32,000 bases of DNA from Patescibacteria group bacterium (GTDB lineage: Bacteria > Patescibacteriota > Patescibacteriia > 2-01-FULL-39-33). Positions 17,291 through 26,403 of the stretch are shown here, piece by piece. The notes under the pieces were generated by a model that saw nothing but the letters and a program-made list of their open reading frames with translations, did no database searches and was not told the origin of the DNA. A program made the position numbers and the translations under genes. The stretch's first letter is position 1. Every line of letters begins with the position of its first letter. The stretch covers positions 30,001 to 62,000 of the forward strand of contig JBAZMW010000004.1 of NCBI GenBank assembly GCA_041649575.1, written 5' to 3'.

Positions 17291-17410
17291 ATTTTAAACC
17301 TGGGACCTTCCCGATATATCGGGACGCTCTACCAACTTTTCAATCCCGACTTGTCGGGGGGAGCCCCGCCCGACTGAACGGCGTTCAGCCGTTCGGGCGG
17401 GTATATGCGC
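17291..17410 (-). pseudogene. tRNA-Ile 5' copy invaded by three palindromic elements
   Basis: GCGCATATA-[CCCGCCCGA..TCGGGCGGG]-GCTC-[CCCCCGACAAGTCGGG]-ATTGAAAA-AGTTGGTAGAGCG-[TCCCGATATATCGGGA]-AGGTCCCAGGTTTAAAATTA. Confidence 0.7.
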
Positions 17411-17527
17411 TTAAATTTACTTAAATAATATAACAAAAAAAATTGATTTTGGCAAGATGAAAAAAATAGGCCTGACGACGGCCTACAATGCCTGTGGAGC
17501 TTCCCAAGACTGGGGCTCTGTCATGTA

Positions 17528-17920
17528 TCAGAAAGGTACTGGCTGGCACCTGGATTGTTCCAGGCCTTCTTTTAAGGCGCTGGCCAGTTCATCTCTACTA
17601 CCCCAATAGCAGACCGCATCCAGCCCATTTGGCTCTGTCAATGGAGCACGAGTCACCCCAATTAAGAACGGCCTGGGCCGACAACGCCGAAAATGTTTGA
17701 CAACTTCTTCCGCGCCAGGATGTTGAAAGTCGACTATCAGGATTTGCGGCCGCATTACGCCTTGTAATTCCTTGCTGTTGACGACACTGGTGATGGTGAC
17801 CTGGGGATTGCTTCCATACCAATTAACACCAAGATCGTCAATGGCCCAGTCTTTGGCGCCTCGCCAGAGCTCCAAAGCCGATTGGGTATTGACGGCCAAA
17901 AAGGTTACCAGTGTGGGCAT
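17528..17920 (-). CDS. hypothetical protein with possible receiver-like alpha/beta fold
   Basis: 130 aa; ...PQILIVDFQHPGAEEVVKHFRRCRPRPFLIGVTRAPLTEPNGLDAVCYWGSRDELASALKEGL resembles the strand/helix rhythm of REC domains; weak evidence. Confidence 0.5.
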   Translation of the reverse strand: MPTLVTFLAVNTQSALELWRGAKDWAIDDLGVNWYGSNPQVTITSVVNSKELQGVMRPQILIVDFQHPGAEEVVKHFRRCRPRPFLIGVTRAPLTEPNGLDAVCYWGSRDELASALKEGLEQSRCQPVPF

Positions 17921-18063
17921 GGTTAGATCCTCCCTTAAAGAACAGCTCGACCAAATTAACCGCTTGGTTAATTATTAACATGCCATAAAAAATTTGACAA
18001 GAAAAAGCCGTGCGCGAGGCAACGGCTCAAATCGCTCCCAATCTGTCGGAAGGGAGCGGCGTA

Positions 18064-18579
18064 CTAGAAGGGAATAATGTCGCTGATGGCGTCTTCCAAT
18101 CCTTGACTGGTCCTGGCGCAGAGGTCGAATTCCTCACAAACCATCGGGTCGTTGGGATAATGATCGTGATAAGGAACGACTACAATATGGAGCGCCGGGT
18201 TGTTGCGCAAGAAAGGCGGCAACGCCTCATCGGCCTCTGTGTGATCGTTACAAATCACGACGATGAACGGTTCGAACTCGACTAAGCGCCAAAGCTGCGA
18301 GTCACGTATGTCAGCAAACATGACCCTAAAATCGCCGTAACGATAACGACGGGTGCCAAGCCACAGCTCTTTCATCTGCGTCGGCTCAAAATCGATGAAC
18401 AGAATGCGTGTGCCGTTTCCTTCAAGCACCTCGACTTCGTACTCCATTGACTCAACTGGTGGCGGGATCAAACGCTCCTGCGGCGGTGGCGCTACTGGTT
18501 CCTCCTCCCGAGTCTCCAGCCAATCCAAAAAGTCTGCGCCACATTCTGCCAGGGTTGCCGGCGCCGTTGACATGGCCAT
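18064..18579 (-). CDS. hypothetical protein with possible receiver-like alpha/beta fold
   Basis: 171 aa; RILFIDFEPTQMKELWLGTRRYRYGDFRVMFADIRDS...EPFIVVICND...LHIVVVPYHDH; SD AGAAGGAG upstream. Confidence 0.6.
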   Translation of the reverse strand: MAMSTAPATLAECGADFLDWLETREEEPVAPPPQERLIPPPVESMEYEVEVLEGNGTRILFIDFEPTQMKELWLGTRRYRYGDFRVMFADIRDSQLWRLVEFEPFIVVICNDHTEADEALPPFLRNNPALHIVVVPYHDHYPNDPMVCEEFDLCARTSQGLEDAISDIIPF

Positions 18580-18647
18580 TCTCCTTCTGTTGCATACTAA
18601 AGTGCTTTATAAAAGAATTTAAAACAAAATACCAAAAAAAGCAAATA

Positions 18648-18671
18648 CAAAAACCCCGCCCAAAGGCGGGG
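18648..18671 (-). terminator. terminator downstream of 16S rRNA
   Basis: Minus strand CCCCGCCTTTGGGCGGGGTTTTTG. Confidence 0.75.
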
Positions 18672-18681
18672 CAGTTGTTGT

Positions 18682-18704
18682 GACAACTAAAAAGCGACAA
18701 AAAG
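18682..18704 (-). promoter_or_regulatory. 3' strand of the 16S processing stem
   Basis: GACAACTAAAAAGCGACAAAAAG is complementary (one G.U) to CTTTTTGTCACTTTTTAGTTGTC at 20367-20389. Confidence 0.8.
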
Positions 18705-18783
18705 TTTGTAAGCCCTCTTCCCGCCTAATGGCGGGACGACCTATCATAGATGTGACTTTTAAAAAGTCACATCAATTTCTCCC

Positions 18784-20268
<1,485 letters not shown>

Positions 20269-20366
20269 ATTTGCAACTAGATTACGGCCAGTTGCCAACC
20301 GTATGAAACATTGCTTCGCTAGAAAGCGAAGATGCTTTGTTCAAAGAAAAATAACTTGGGCTTACG

Positions 20367-20389
20367 CTTTTTGTCACTTTTTAGTTGTC
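20367..20389 (-). promoter_or_regulatory. 5' strand of the 16S processing stem (likely RNase III site)
   Basis: Inverted repeat partner of 18682-18704. Confidence 0.8.
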
Positions 20390-20755
20390 AAATTGCCTTT
20401 TTCCTCCGCTTTCAAGCGGAAAGAAAAAACAGAGGGATCCGATTTGGCGAACTCTCGTTTCAGGCGAGAATTCTGTCAGATACCACTGTTTTCCCTCAAA
20501 ATCTAAATTTTAGGAATTTTTTAAGAATGTTTTGTGCTTATTAGTCTGCCCTATTATTTTATATTATTTTCGGCCGGTTGTCAAGTAAAATGGCTGGTTA
20601 TTGATTTTATTTCGATAAATTAAATTTTTGTCTAAATTTAGACGAATAAACTATAAAACTAATCTATGTCTGTTTTTATTAAACTTTTTTTGCACAAGAT
20701 TTACACAAATAGTTTAAAAAAAGATCTGGCTTAACTTAAACTATTAAAAATGTTT

Positions 20756-21457
20756 CTATCTTCTTTTTCTGCTCTTCCGATCGCGCCACTCATCAATCTC
20801 GCCATGATGCCCAGAGAGTAAAACTTTTGGCACTCTTAGCTTTTTGCCTTCCTCTGTGACGAAGACTTCTGGCCGGGTATAGTGCGGATGTTCCAGATAG
20901 CCCGCTTGAGAGTGCGACTCGTTTCTGACAGATTCCTGTTTGCCAACAAAGCCGGGAATAAGCCGACAGACGGCTTCGATAATCACAGCCGTCGGCAGCT
21001 CACCGCCGGCGAGGACATAATCGCCGATGGAGATCTTTTCGTCAACCAGTTTTTCCACTCGCGCATCAGCGCCCTCATAACGCGGACAAACGAAAATCAA
21101 CCTGTCATATTTTGATAACCGCTCGGCTTCTTTTTGACTGAATTTTTTGCCATTAGCTGCAGTTAAAATTATTCTGGTTTTAAATTTTACGTTTTTCCGC
21201 CTCGGCTCGCCGAGGGCGAGACGGGTAGCTTTAAGTTTCTTTAGCGCTTTATAAATCGGCTCCACCTTAAATAGCAGCCCGGTACCGCCGCCATAGAGGC
21301 GATCGTCGACGGTCTGGTGGCGATCAGAAGTCCACTGGCGCAAATTATGTATTTGGATTTTAATTAATTTGTTGTTTTTGGCGCGCTTAAATAAGCTCTC
21401 ATTGAAATAGGAGTCTAAAATGTTGGGAAAGATGGTGATGATATTAAATTGTTTCAT
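20756..21457 (-). CDS. trmD: tRNA (guanine-N1)-methyltransferase
   Basis: MKQFNIITIFPNILDSYF...DDRLYGGGTGLLFKVEPIY...FVCPRYEGADARVEKLVDEKISIGDYVLAGGELPTAVIIEAVCRLIPGFVG. Confidence 0.95.
   Translation of the reverse strand: MKQFNIITIFPNILDSYFNESLFKRAKNNKLIKIQIHNLRQWTSDRHQTVDDRLYGGGTGLLFKVEPIYKALKKLKATRLALGEPRRKNVKFKTRIILTAANGKKFSQKEAERLSKYDRLIFVCPRYEGADARVEKLVDEKISIGDYVLAGGELPTAVIIEAVCRLIPGFVGKQESVRNESHSQAGYLEHPHYTRPEVFVTEEGKKLRVPKVLLSGHHGEIDEWRDRKSRKRR
21197..21230. repeat. palindromic element inside trmD
   Basis: CCGCCTCGGCTCGCCGAGGGCGAGACGGGTAGCT; encodes KATRLALGEPRRK; matches the intergenic copy at 5649-5690. Confidence 0.65.
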
Positions 21458-21777
21458 GGTAATTTTATTATATACTAATTTATTATTCTTTCATAACTGA
21501 AAAAGTTTTTTAAATCGTGAACCTCTTATTTGCTTACTTTTTCATATCTTAGAAAAGAAAAAGCTAACAAAAAGAAAAGTCGCGAGCTATTTGATAAATT
21601 CAGACAAAATCTGGCGCCAGTTTCGCTAGGCCATAAAGTCGCTACGCTCCAGTTATGGCCTTTCCGCCTAAAAGGCGGAACCGCTCAACTGACTTGATTT
21701 TGTGGCTGAATTTTCAAGCGCTCGCAACAGCTATTTCTAAACCAAATTTTCATGGGCTCGCAGAAATAATCCTGAAA

Positions 21778-21812
21778 ACAAAACCCTCCCGGTTCATCGG
21801 GAAGGTTTTGTT
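21778..21812. terminator. terminator hairpin between trmD and the KH-domain gene
   Basis: ACAAAACCCTCCCGGTTCATCGGGAAGGTTTTGTTTTA. Confidence 0.75.
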
Positions 21813-21826
21813 TTATTGTGATGGTT

Positions 21827-22138
21827 TTAGATGGTTAAATCATCTACCACATCGGTATCAACCTGGTCTCTTCTGGGCCGAGGGCCGCGGGAACCTTCCG
21901 GTTCATTGATCTTCAAGTTGACACGAGCATTGTTTTTGGCGCCAACGATTTTAGCTAGAGTTCTGATGGCGCGAGCGGTCTGTCCTTGTTTGCCAATGAC
22001 ATAGCCGATATCGCCCGAGTTGACGTTCAAGGTGAGTAAAACACCGCGCTCGTCAACTGTTCTGTCGACTTTAACATCGTTAGGATTGGCGACAATCTCT
22101 TTAACGATCATCTCGACGAACTTTTGATCTTTTTCCAT
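21827..22138 (-). CDS. KH-domain RNA-binding protein (KhpA/YlqC-like); ORF open to 22267
   Basis: FVEMIVKEIVANPNDVKVDRTVDERGVLLTLNVNSGDIGYVIGKQGQTARAIRTLAKIVGAKNNARVNLKI. Confidence 0.85.
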   Translation of the reverse strand: MEKDQKFVEMIVKEIVANPNDVKVDRTVDERGVLLTLNVNSGDIGYVIGKQGQTARAIRTLAKIVGAKNNARVNLKINEPEGSRGPRPRRDQVDTDVVDDLTI

Positions 22139-22276
22139 ACTTACTGTCGTGTTATTTCTTAAAAGTTCTAAAACTTCTTGAGTTGCTGACCTAGTGGCAA
22201 CTGCTTTTTCGTCCATTTTTCTTTTAAGGACTAACCTCACTTTAACAGAAGGTAGAGAGCCTGTCAAGGATTTACC

Positions 22277-22302
22277 AAAACCCCGCCTGAAAGGCGGGGT
22301 TT
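22277..22302 (-). terminator. terminator-like hairpin downstream of rpsP
   Basis: AAAACCCCGCCTGAAAGGCGGGGTTT. Confidence 0.65.
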
Positions 22303-22324
22303 AAAGACTAATGCTAGATTAATT

Positions 22325-22753
22325 TTAGGCGCTGGGAGTGTCTGCTGAAGCGGCTTCTGCCGGCGCGGCTGTTTCGGCTTTCTCTTGAGCCTGCTTGGCG
22401 GCTTCGGCTTCGGCTTTCTTGGCGGCGTCGATAGTGGCTTTCTCTTGAGCCTTTTGAGCAGCTAGGGCCGCCTGTTTTTTCTTGCCGGGCTGCGACTTGG
22501 AGGCTCTGACTTTCTTGTCTTTGATAATCCCTTGGCTGACCAGTAGATTGTGAACCGTCGAGGTAGCTTGAGCTCCTTGCTTTAGCCAATACAAAATTCT
22601 GTCATTTTTTATCTGACTTACTTTGGTCTTAGGGTTATAAGAACCCAGGTTTTCTAAAAATTTACCCCAGGGATCACGGGTTTTTTCGGTGACAATCAGC
22701 CGATAAAGCGGCTGTTTTTTCTTGCCAACGCGAGATAGTCTGATTGATAACAT
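22325..22753 (-). CDS. rpsP: 30S ribosomal protein S16 with Ala/Lys/Glu-rich C-terminal tail
   Basis: MLSIRLSRVGKKKQPLYRLIVTEKTRDPWGKFLENLGSYNPKTK; tail AALAAQKAQEKATIDAAKKAEAEAAKQAQEKAETAAPAEAASADTPSA. Confidence 0.93.
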   Translation of the reverse strand: MLSIRLSRVGKKKQPLYRLIVTEKTRDPWGKFLENLGSYNPKTKVSQIKNDRILYWLKQGAQATSTVHNLLVSQGIIKDKKVRASKSQPGKKKQAALAAQKAQEKATIDAAKKAEAEAAKQAQEKAETAAPAEAASADTPSA

Positions 22754-22871
22754 TATTTGTTGCTGATTAATTCTTAATTTCTGAGCATTGAACGGTAAAG
22801 TTATGCTACTATATTTTACAAAAAAAGTCAATTAACCTTATTGGATTAATATATTTTATAACCAGCTTTTA

Positions 22872-22908
22872 CAAAAAAAGGGCCAGCGATACGAGATCAC
22901 TGTCCCTT
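22872..22908 (-). terminator. terminator of the 320-aa hypothetical gene
   Basis: Minus strand CCAAGGGACAGTGATCTCGTATCGCTGGCCCTTTTTTT. Confidence 0.65.
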
Positions 22909-22974
22909 GGAAAATCGCGGCCGAAGGCCAAGGATTCAATCCAATGGCCAAGCGGCCGAAAACCGAAGTCCAGA

Positions 22975-23937
22975 CTACCCGAGGCAGAACACCGACGCCG
23001 AATAGTCGTCGCTGGCATACGACAGATAGTCGGTGTAGTCGAAGTTCGCATAGGAATCGTAGGCGAGGAAGCGGAGCGAGTAGGACTGCCACTGAAGAGC
23101 CGGGCAGCGCACTATTGGTGTCTTGGCGTCTCGGCAGAGCTCCTTGGCATAGGCCATGTAAGCCACTGCCGTGTCCAAGCCGCCGCCCAAGAGCATCCAT
23201 TCGGGAATCTGGGCGGACAGTTCATGCCCGACGAAGGTCTCGCGACAAGCGTCGACGCTGTAACCGCCGAAAGGCAGAAGCGTGACGCCGACAACCGGTT
23301 CTTTGGCCAAGGCGGCGAGCAGACACTCGTGCCGACTGCCGGCTACGATGCTGACCTCGCCGGCCAAGTCGGTTTCACGGTAGTTCGTGAACTTCCTGCC
23401 CTCGGCCTCGAAGGCTTCCTCATAAGCGCTCCTCACCCCGTCGACAAAAAGCTTCAAGGTGGCGCCGTAGCCACCTTTGTCCTCCGGCAGAATCGTGCCC
23501 GCTGGCAGAACAGTCGGCAGCCAAATGCCTTTGACGGCATTGGCCGTGCGAGGATCGCCCGCCAGCCTGGTGATAGTGGCCTTGGCTCGTACTTCGAATT
23601 CCTCGGCCGACGGCAAGCTGAGCGCCTCGGCTTTGACTCGCAGTCCGATGGCCAGATGCCGACGGACGCGCTCGAGGATCTCGCCGTAGTTGATCGAGGG
23701 TTGGTTGACGTAATACGCGCCAGCGTCGCAGAACGCAGCTTTGAGTCCGGGAAACGGAATGAAGCGGCTGTTCTTGTCGAACAGCTTACGGACGGTCTCC
23801 TTGATCTCCGCGGTCATTTCGTGACGCAGCAGCGCCTTGACGACATTGACGCCGCCAAGCTGGTTGCCAAGCGCCACCCAGTGGGTATGTGGCAGGTCGT
23901 CCAGTGTTTCCAGTTGATCAATGTTAAAGTCCTTCAT
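22975..23937 (-). CDS. hypothetical protein (320 aa), GC-rich accessory gene D
   Basis: Long ORF with SD AAAGGAG-CGCAAG-ATG; no family recognised. Confidence 0.75.
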   Translation of the reverse strand: MKDFNIDQLETLDDLPHTHWVALGNQLGGVNVVKALLRHEMTAEIKETVRKLFDKNSRFIPFPGLKAAFCDAGAYYVNQPSINYGEILERVRRHLAIGLRVKAEALSLPSAEEFEVRAKATITRLAGDPRTANAVKGIWLPTVLPAGTILPEDKGGYGATLKLFVDGVRSAYEEAFEAEGRKFTNYRETDLAGEVSIVAGSRHECLLAALAKEPVVGVTLLPFGGYSVDACRETFVGHELSAQIPEWMLLGGGLDTAVAYMAYAKELCRDAKTPIVRCPALQWQSYSLRFLAYDSYANFDYTDYLSYASDDYSASVFCLG

Positions 23938-24090
23938 CTTGCGCTCCTTTCAGCCCATGGCCGAAATGGCTTTTCCCCTACCCGAGGATTGGGAACAGTC
24001 CTACGCAGGACCATCAGACTATTATACTAAATAAAAAATAATCTGTCAATACTAACAAATTATTTAAAGTTAAATAAAAACTTCCTCATC

Positions 24091-24160
24091 TGTCCGGCCA
24101 AGCTTCTTGAATGAGATAGAAACTATCTCAAACAAGAAGAAGAGAGAGTTTGGCCGGACG
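24091..24160 (-). repeat. long stem-loop in the leader of gene D
   Basis: GTCCGGCCAA..CTTCTTG..TGAGATAG-AAA-CTATCTCA..CAAGAAG..TTGGCCGGAC. Confidence 0.7.
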
Positions 24161-24181
24161 AATGAAGAAGCTTTAAAAGTA

Positions 24182-24254
24182 TTCCTCAAAACTTGTAAAA
24201 AAGATTTGCAAGTTTAGTTGGAAGGAGAAGCTGACAAACCACATCAGCTTCTCC
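24182..24254 (-). ncRNA. two-hairpin leader module, copy 1
   Basis: Minus strand GGAGAAGCTGATGTGGTTTGTCAGCTTCTCC-TTCCAACT-AAACTTGCAAATCTTTTTTACAAGTTT-TGAGGAA. Confidence 0.6.
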
Positions 24255-24279
24255 CAAAACCATCTACCGATCAAGGCCG

Positions 24280-25137
24280 CTAGGCCTTGGCGATGACGGC
24301 GCGAGTTGCCTCAACCGCCGCCACGACGTCGGCCAGCATCATGCGCTGACCGCGGGGACTGCCGGCGATGCCCGCGTGCCCGCCGGCCGCCTCGCCCCAA
24401 AGCCCCTGCACGATCTCTCGTGCCGAGACTCCGGGGATCGGGTCGGCGATAGACACTGTCACCGCACCGGTGACTGTGTTGAAGGCGACAACAGCTTTCG
24501 CCAAGTCGCCTTCCGGGTCGACGTACAGATGGCTGACAAACGTGTCCGCCACCCGCACTGCCACCCCGCCGCCAGCCTCGACGAACGATTGCGCATTCAG
24601 CGCGACCTCCGCCGAGCGGAACGCCTCGCCCGCCGCGAGAAGTTCCGGGTCGTCAGCGCAAATGCGCTCAACGACCCTGACGGCCTCCATCACCTGCTCG
24701 GTGACTTCGGCCGCGCTGCCGTCGCGCGGGGGCAGGCAGCGGTGACCGTTGCTCCACGCCCAGAAAGCGTAGAGCCGGACGATGTCGGCTGGCTCGGCGC
24801 CGGCTTGGCCTAGCTTGTGCGGACCGTTGAGGTCCACAAAAGCTGCCAGGAGCCAGAATCCCGGCGTCTCGGGCTTGCGACCGAGAACGGCCGCACAGCC
24901 GCCGACGGAATCGAGATCAAGGTGGGAAAGTCCCACCGCCTCGACTTCACCAGCCGCGCCGTTGTCGGCGAGGCAGGGGGCGGGGTTGCCCGCCCGCGGC
25001 CCGTGATGGGCCAGGGTTGCGACGGACCCGGCGACACACTCGTCGCCGAATTCCGCCTCAACCGAAGCGGTCAGGCCGAAGGGGGCGAGGACGGCGGCCA
25101 ATGCGGCCGCATGGTTTGAAATAAAAAACTTCGTCAT
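24280..25137 (-). CDS. hypothetical protein (285 aa), possible divergent DHH/DHHA1-like phosphoesterase, gene A
   Basis: GLSHLDLDSVGGCAAVLG and C-terminal IVQGLWGEAAGGHAGIAGSPRG resemble DHH and DHHA1 motifs; SD GGAG-ATAAGCC-ATG. Confidence 0.7.
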   Translation of the reverse strand: MTKFFISNHAAALAAVLAPFGLTASVEAEFGDECVAGSVATLAHHGPRAGNPAPCLADNGAAGEVEAVGLSHLDLDSVGGCAAVLGRKPETPGFWLLAAFVDLNGPHKLGQAGAEPADIVRLYAFWAWSNGHRCLPPRDGSAAEVTEQVMEAVRVVERICADDPELLAAGEAFRSAEVALNAQSFVEAGGGVAVRVADTFVSHLYVDPEGDLAKAVVAFNTVTGAVTVSIADPIPGVSAREIVQGLWGEAAGGHAGIAGSPRGQRMMLADVVAAVEATRAVIAKA

Positions 25138-25225
25138 GGCTTATCTCCTCTCTCGGAGTTTCAGCGCGCCACGCGCTGTGCCTCTCTCTGGTTTATCAAA
25201 CCCTGCAAGCGAGAGACAAACTGGC

Positions 25226-25418
25226 AACTCCGCGCCGACAACCGGTGCAGAGTTTTTTCCTCAAGCCCCGCAAACTCACATTGTTTGCGAAGCCAGTTGG
25301 AAGGAGGAGACAGAAAAACCACTCTGACTCCTCCGGATAACCTTGTTTGCGTTTGTAACGAGGCCGCCGCCTCCGATTGTTTGACCTCTAACAATCGTAA
25401 AGGAGTGTTCAGATTAAG
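25226..25418 (-). repeat. about 193-nt direct repeat copy 1 (leader of gene A)
   Basis: Near-identical to 26087-26279 (constant offset 861). Confidence 0.9.
25257..25334 (-). ncRNA. two-hairpin leader module, copy 2
   Basis: Minus strand GGAGGAGTCAGAGTGGTTTTTCTGTCTCCTCC-TTCCAACT-GGCTTCGCAAACAATGTGAGTTTGCGGGGCT-TGAGGAA. Confidence 0.65.
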
Positions 25419-25448
25419 GCCTAACACACAAGGTCTTTCTGGCGTGAC

Positions 25449-26021
25449 CTACTCGGACAGCGTGATGATCAGGTCTTTGACCTGATCATCACGCTCAGAC
25501 CAGACGGCGTTGGCTGGCTTCTGCCACCACCGCTTCTTCGGTGCGCCCCATTCGGCGGCGCATTCAGCGAAGTGGCTGCAATCCCCCCCCGAATCCGCGC
25601 AACAGAGCGCGTAATACGCGGCTAGCGCTCGGCGTTCGGCCGCGATACCAGAGGAGGAGCAGCAGAAGGCAGCGACGTCACCCGCTACCTTTTTCGCCCG
25701 GGCGAGTTGCTCCGGAGAACTTACATTCTCCAGATAACCGCGGGCCCACTCTTCAACATCCGCGATGTCGCACATCGCGGCATGCTGCGCTACGATCCTT
25801 CTGGAAACGCGCACAGCCCACTTATTCGCTAGCTCCTTGGCTAGCGAATAAGAGGCGAGGCAAATGATTTCGTAGCTTGAAAATTTCCACGAAATCAGAG
25901 CATCCACGTCCTCCCTCCTAAACTCATTGCCCGCCCCATACCAGCGGCGGGCCACTTCTCTTTCGCATTTAGGAAAGCTCCTGAGAGCTTCCCTCAGGGT
26001 TCTGTACCTTTTCAAGTTCAT
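25449..26021 (-). CDS. hypothetical protein (190 aa), gene B
   Basis: Start MNLKRYRTLREALRSF preceded by GGAGAGAGAG; the ORF track start at 26255 would run through the repeat. Cys/Trp-rich C-terminus. Confidence 0.7.
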   Translation of the reverse strand: MNLKRYRTLREALRSFPKCEREVARRWYGAGNEFRREDVDALISWKFSSYEIICLASYSLAKELANKWAVRVSRRIVAQHAAMCDIADVEEWARGYLENVSSPEQLARAKKVAGDVAAFCCSSSGIAAERRALAAYYALCCADSGGDCSHFAECAAEWGAPKKRWWQKPANAVWSERDDQVKDLIITLSE

Positions 26022-26086
26022 CTCTCTCTCCTTTCCGGATGTGGCCGAGATGTGGCCGGTCCCCTCGGAAACTACCATATATCCAA

Positions 26087-26279
26087 AACTCCGCACCGAC
26101 CATCGGCGCAGAGTTTTTTCCTCAGGCCCCGCAAACTCACATTGTTTGCGAAGCCAGTTGGAAGGAGGAGACAGAAAAACCACTCTGACTCCTCCAAATA
26201 ACCTTGTTTGCGTTTGTAATGAGGCCGCCGCCTCCGACTGTTTGACCTCTAACAATCGTAAAGGAGTGTTCTAATTAAG
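26087..26279 (-). repeat. about 193-nt direct repeat copy 2 (leader of gene B)
   Basis: Near-identical to 25226-25418. Confidence 0.9.
26118..26195 (-). ncRNA. two-hairpin leader module, copy 3
   Basis: Minus strand GGAGGAGTCAGAGTGGTTTTTCTGTCTCCTCC-TTCCAACT-GGCTTCGCAAAC..GTTTGCGGGGCC-TGAGGAA. Confidence 0.65.
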
Positions 26280-26403
26280 CTCTTGCGAGCCGGCCTAACA
26301 CACAAGGCCGTTTGCCCATGATTTTACGCGGATGGCTTCTGCCCTTGACACGGGCCAAGGACTTTACCGCAACCGCCGAAGCGGGCTGTGAGGACGCCGA
26401 AGG

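Noticed and set aside
26022-26255. N-terminal extension of gene B (and the 88-aa ORF 25161-25427) as coding
   Set aside because: Both read through the 193-nt structured repeat and share peptides only because of it; the SD supports the start at 26021.
25226-26300. Resemblance to an integron cassette array (single-gene units, structured repeats, GCCTAAC near 25419 and 26290)
   Set aside because: No paired GTTRRRY/RYYYAAC core sites with attC geometry could be placed around each gene, the linker AGTTGGAA does not match GTTRRRY, and no integrase is in the window. Not claimed as an integron.
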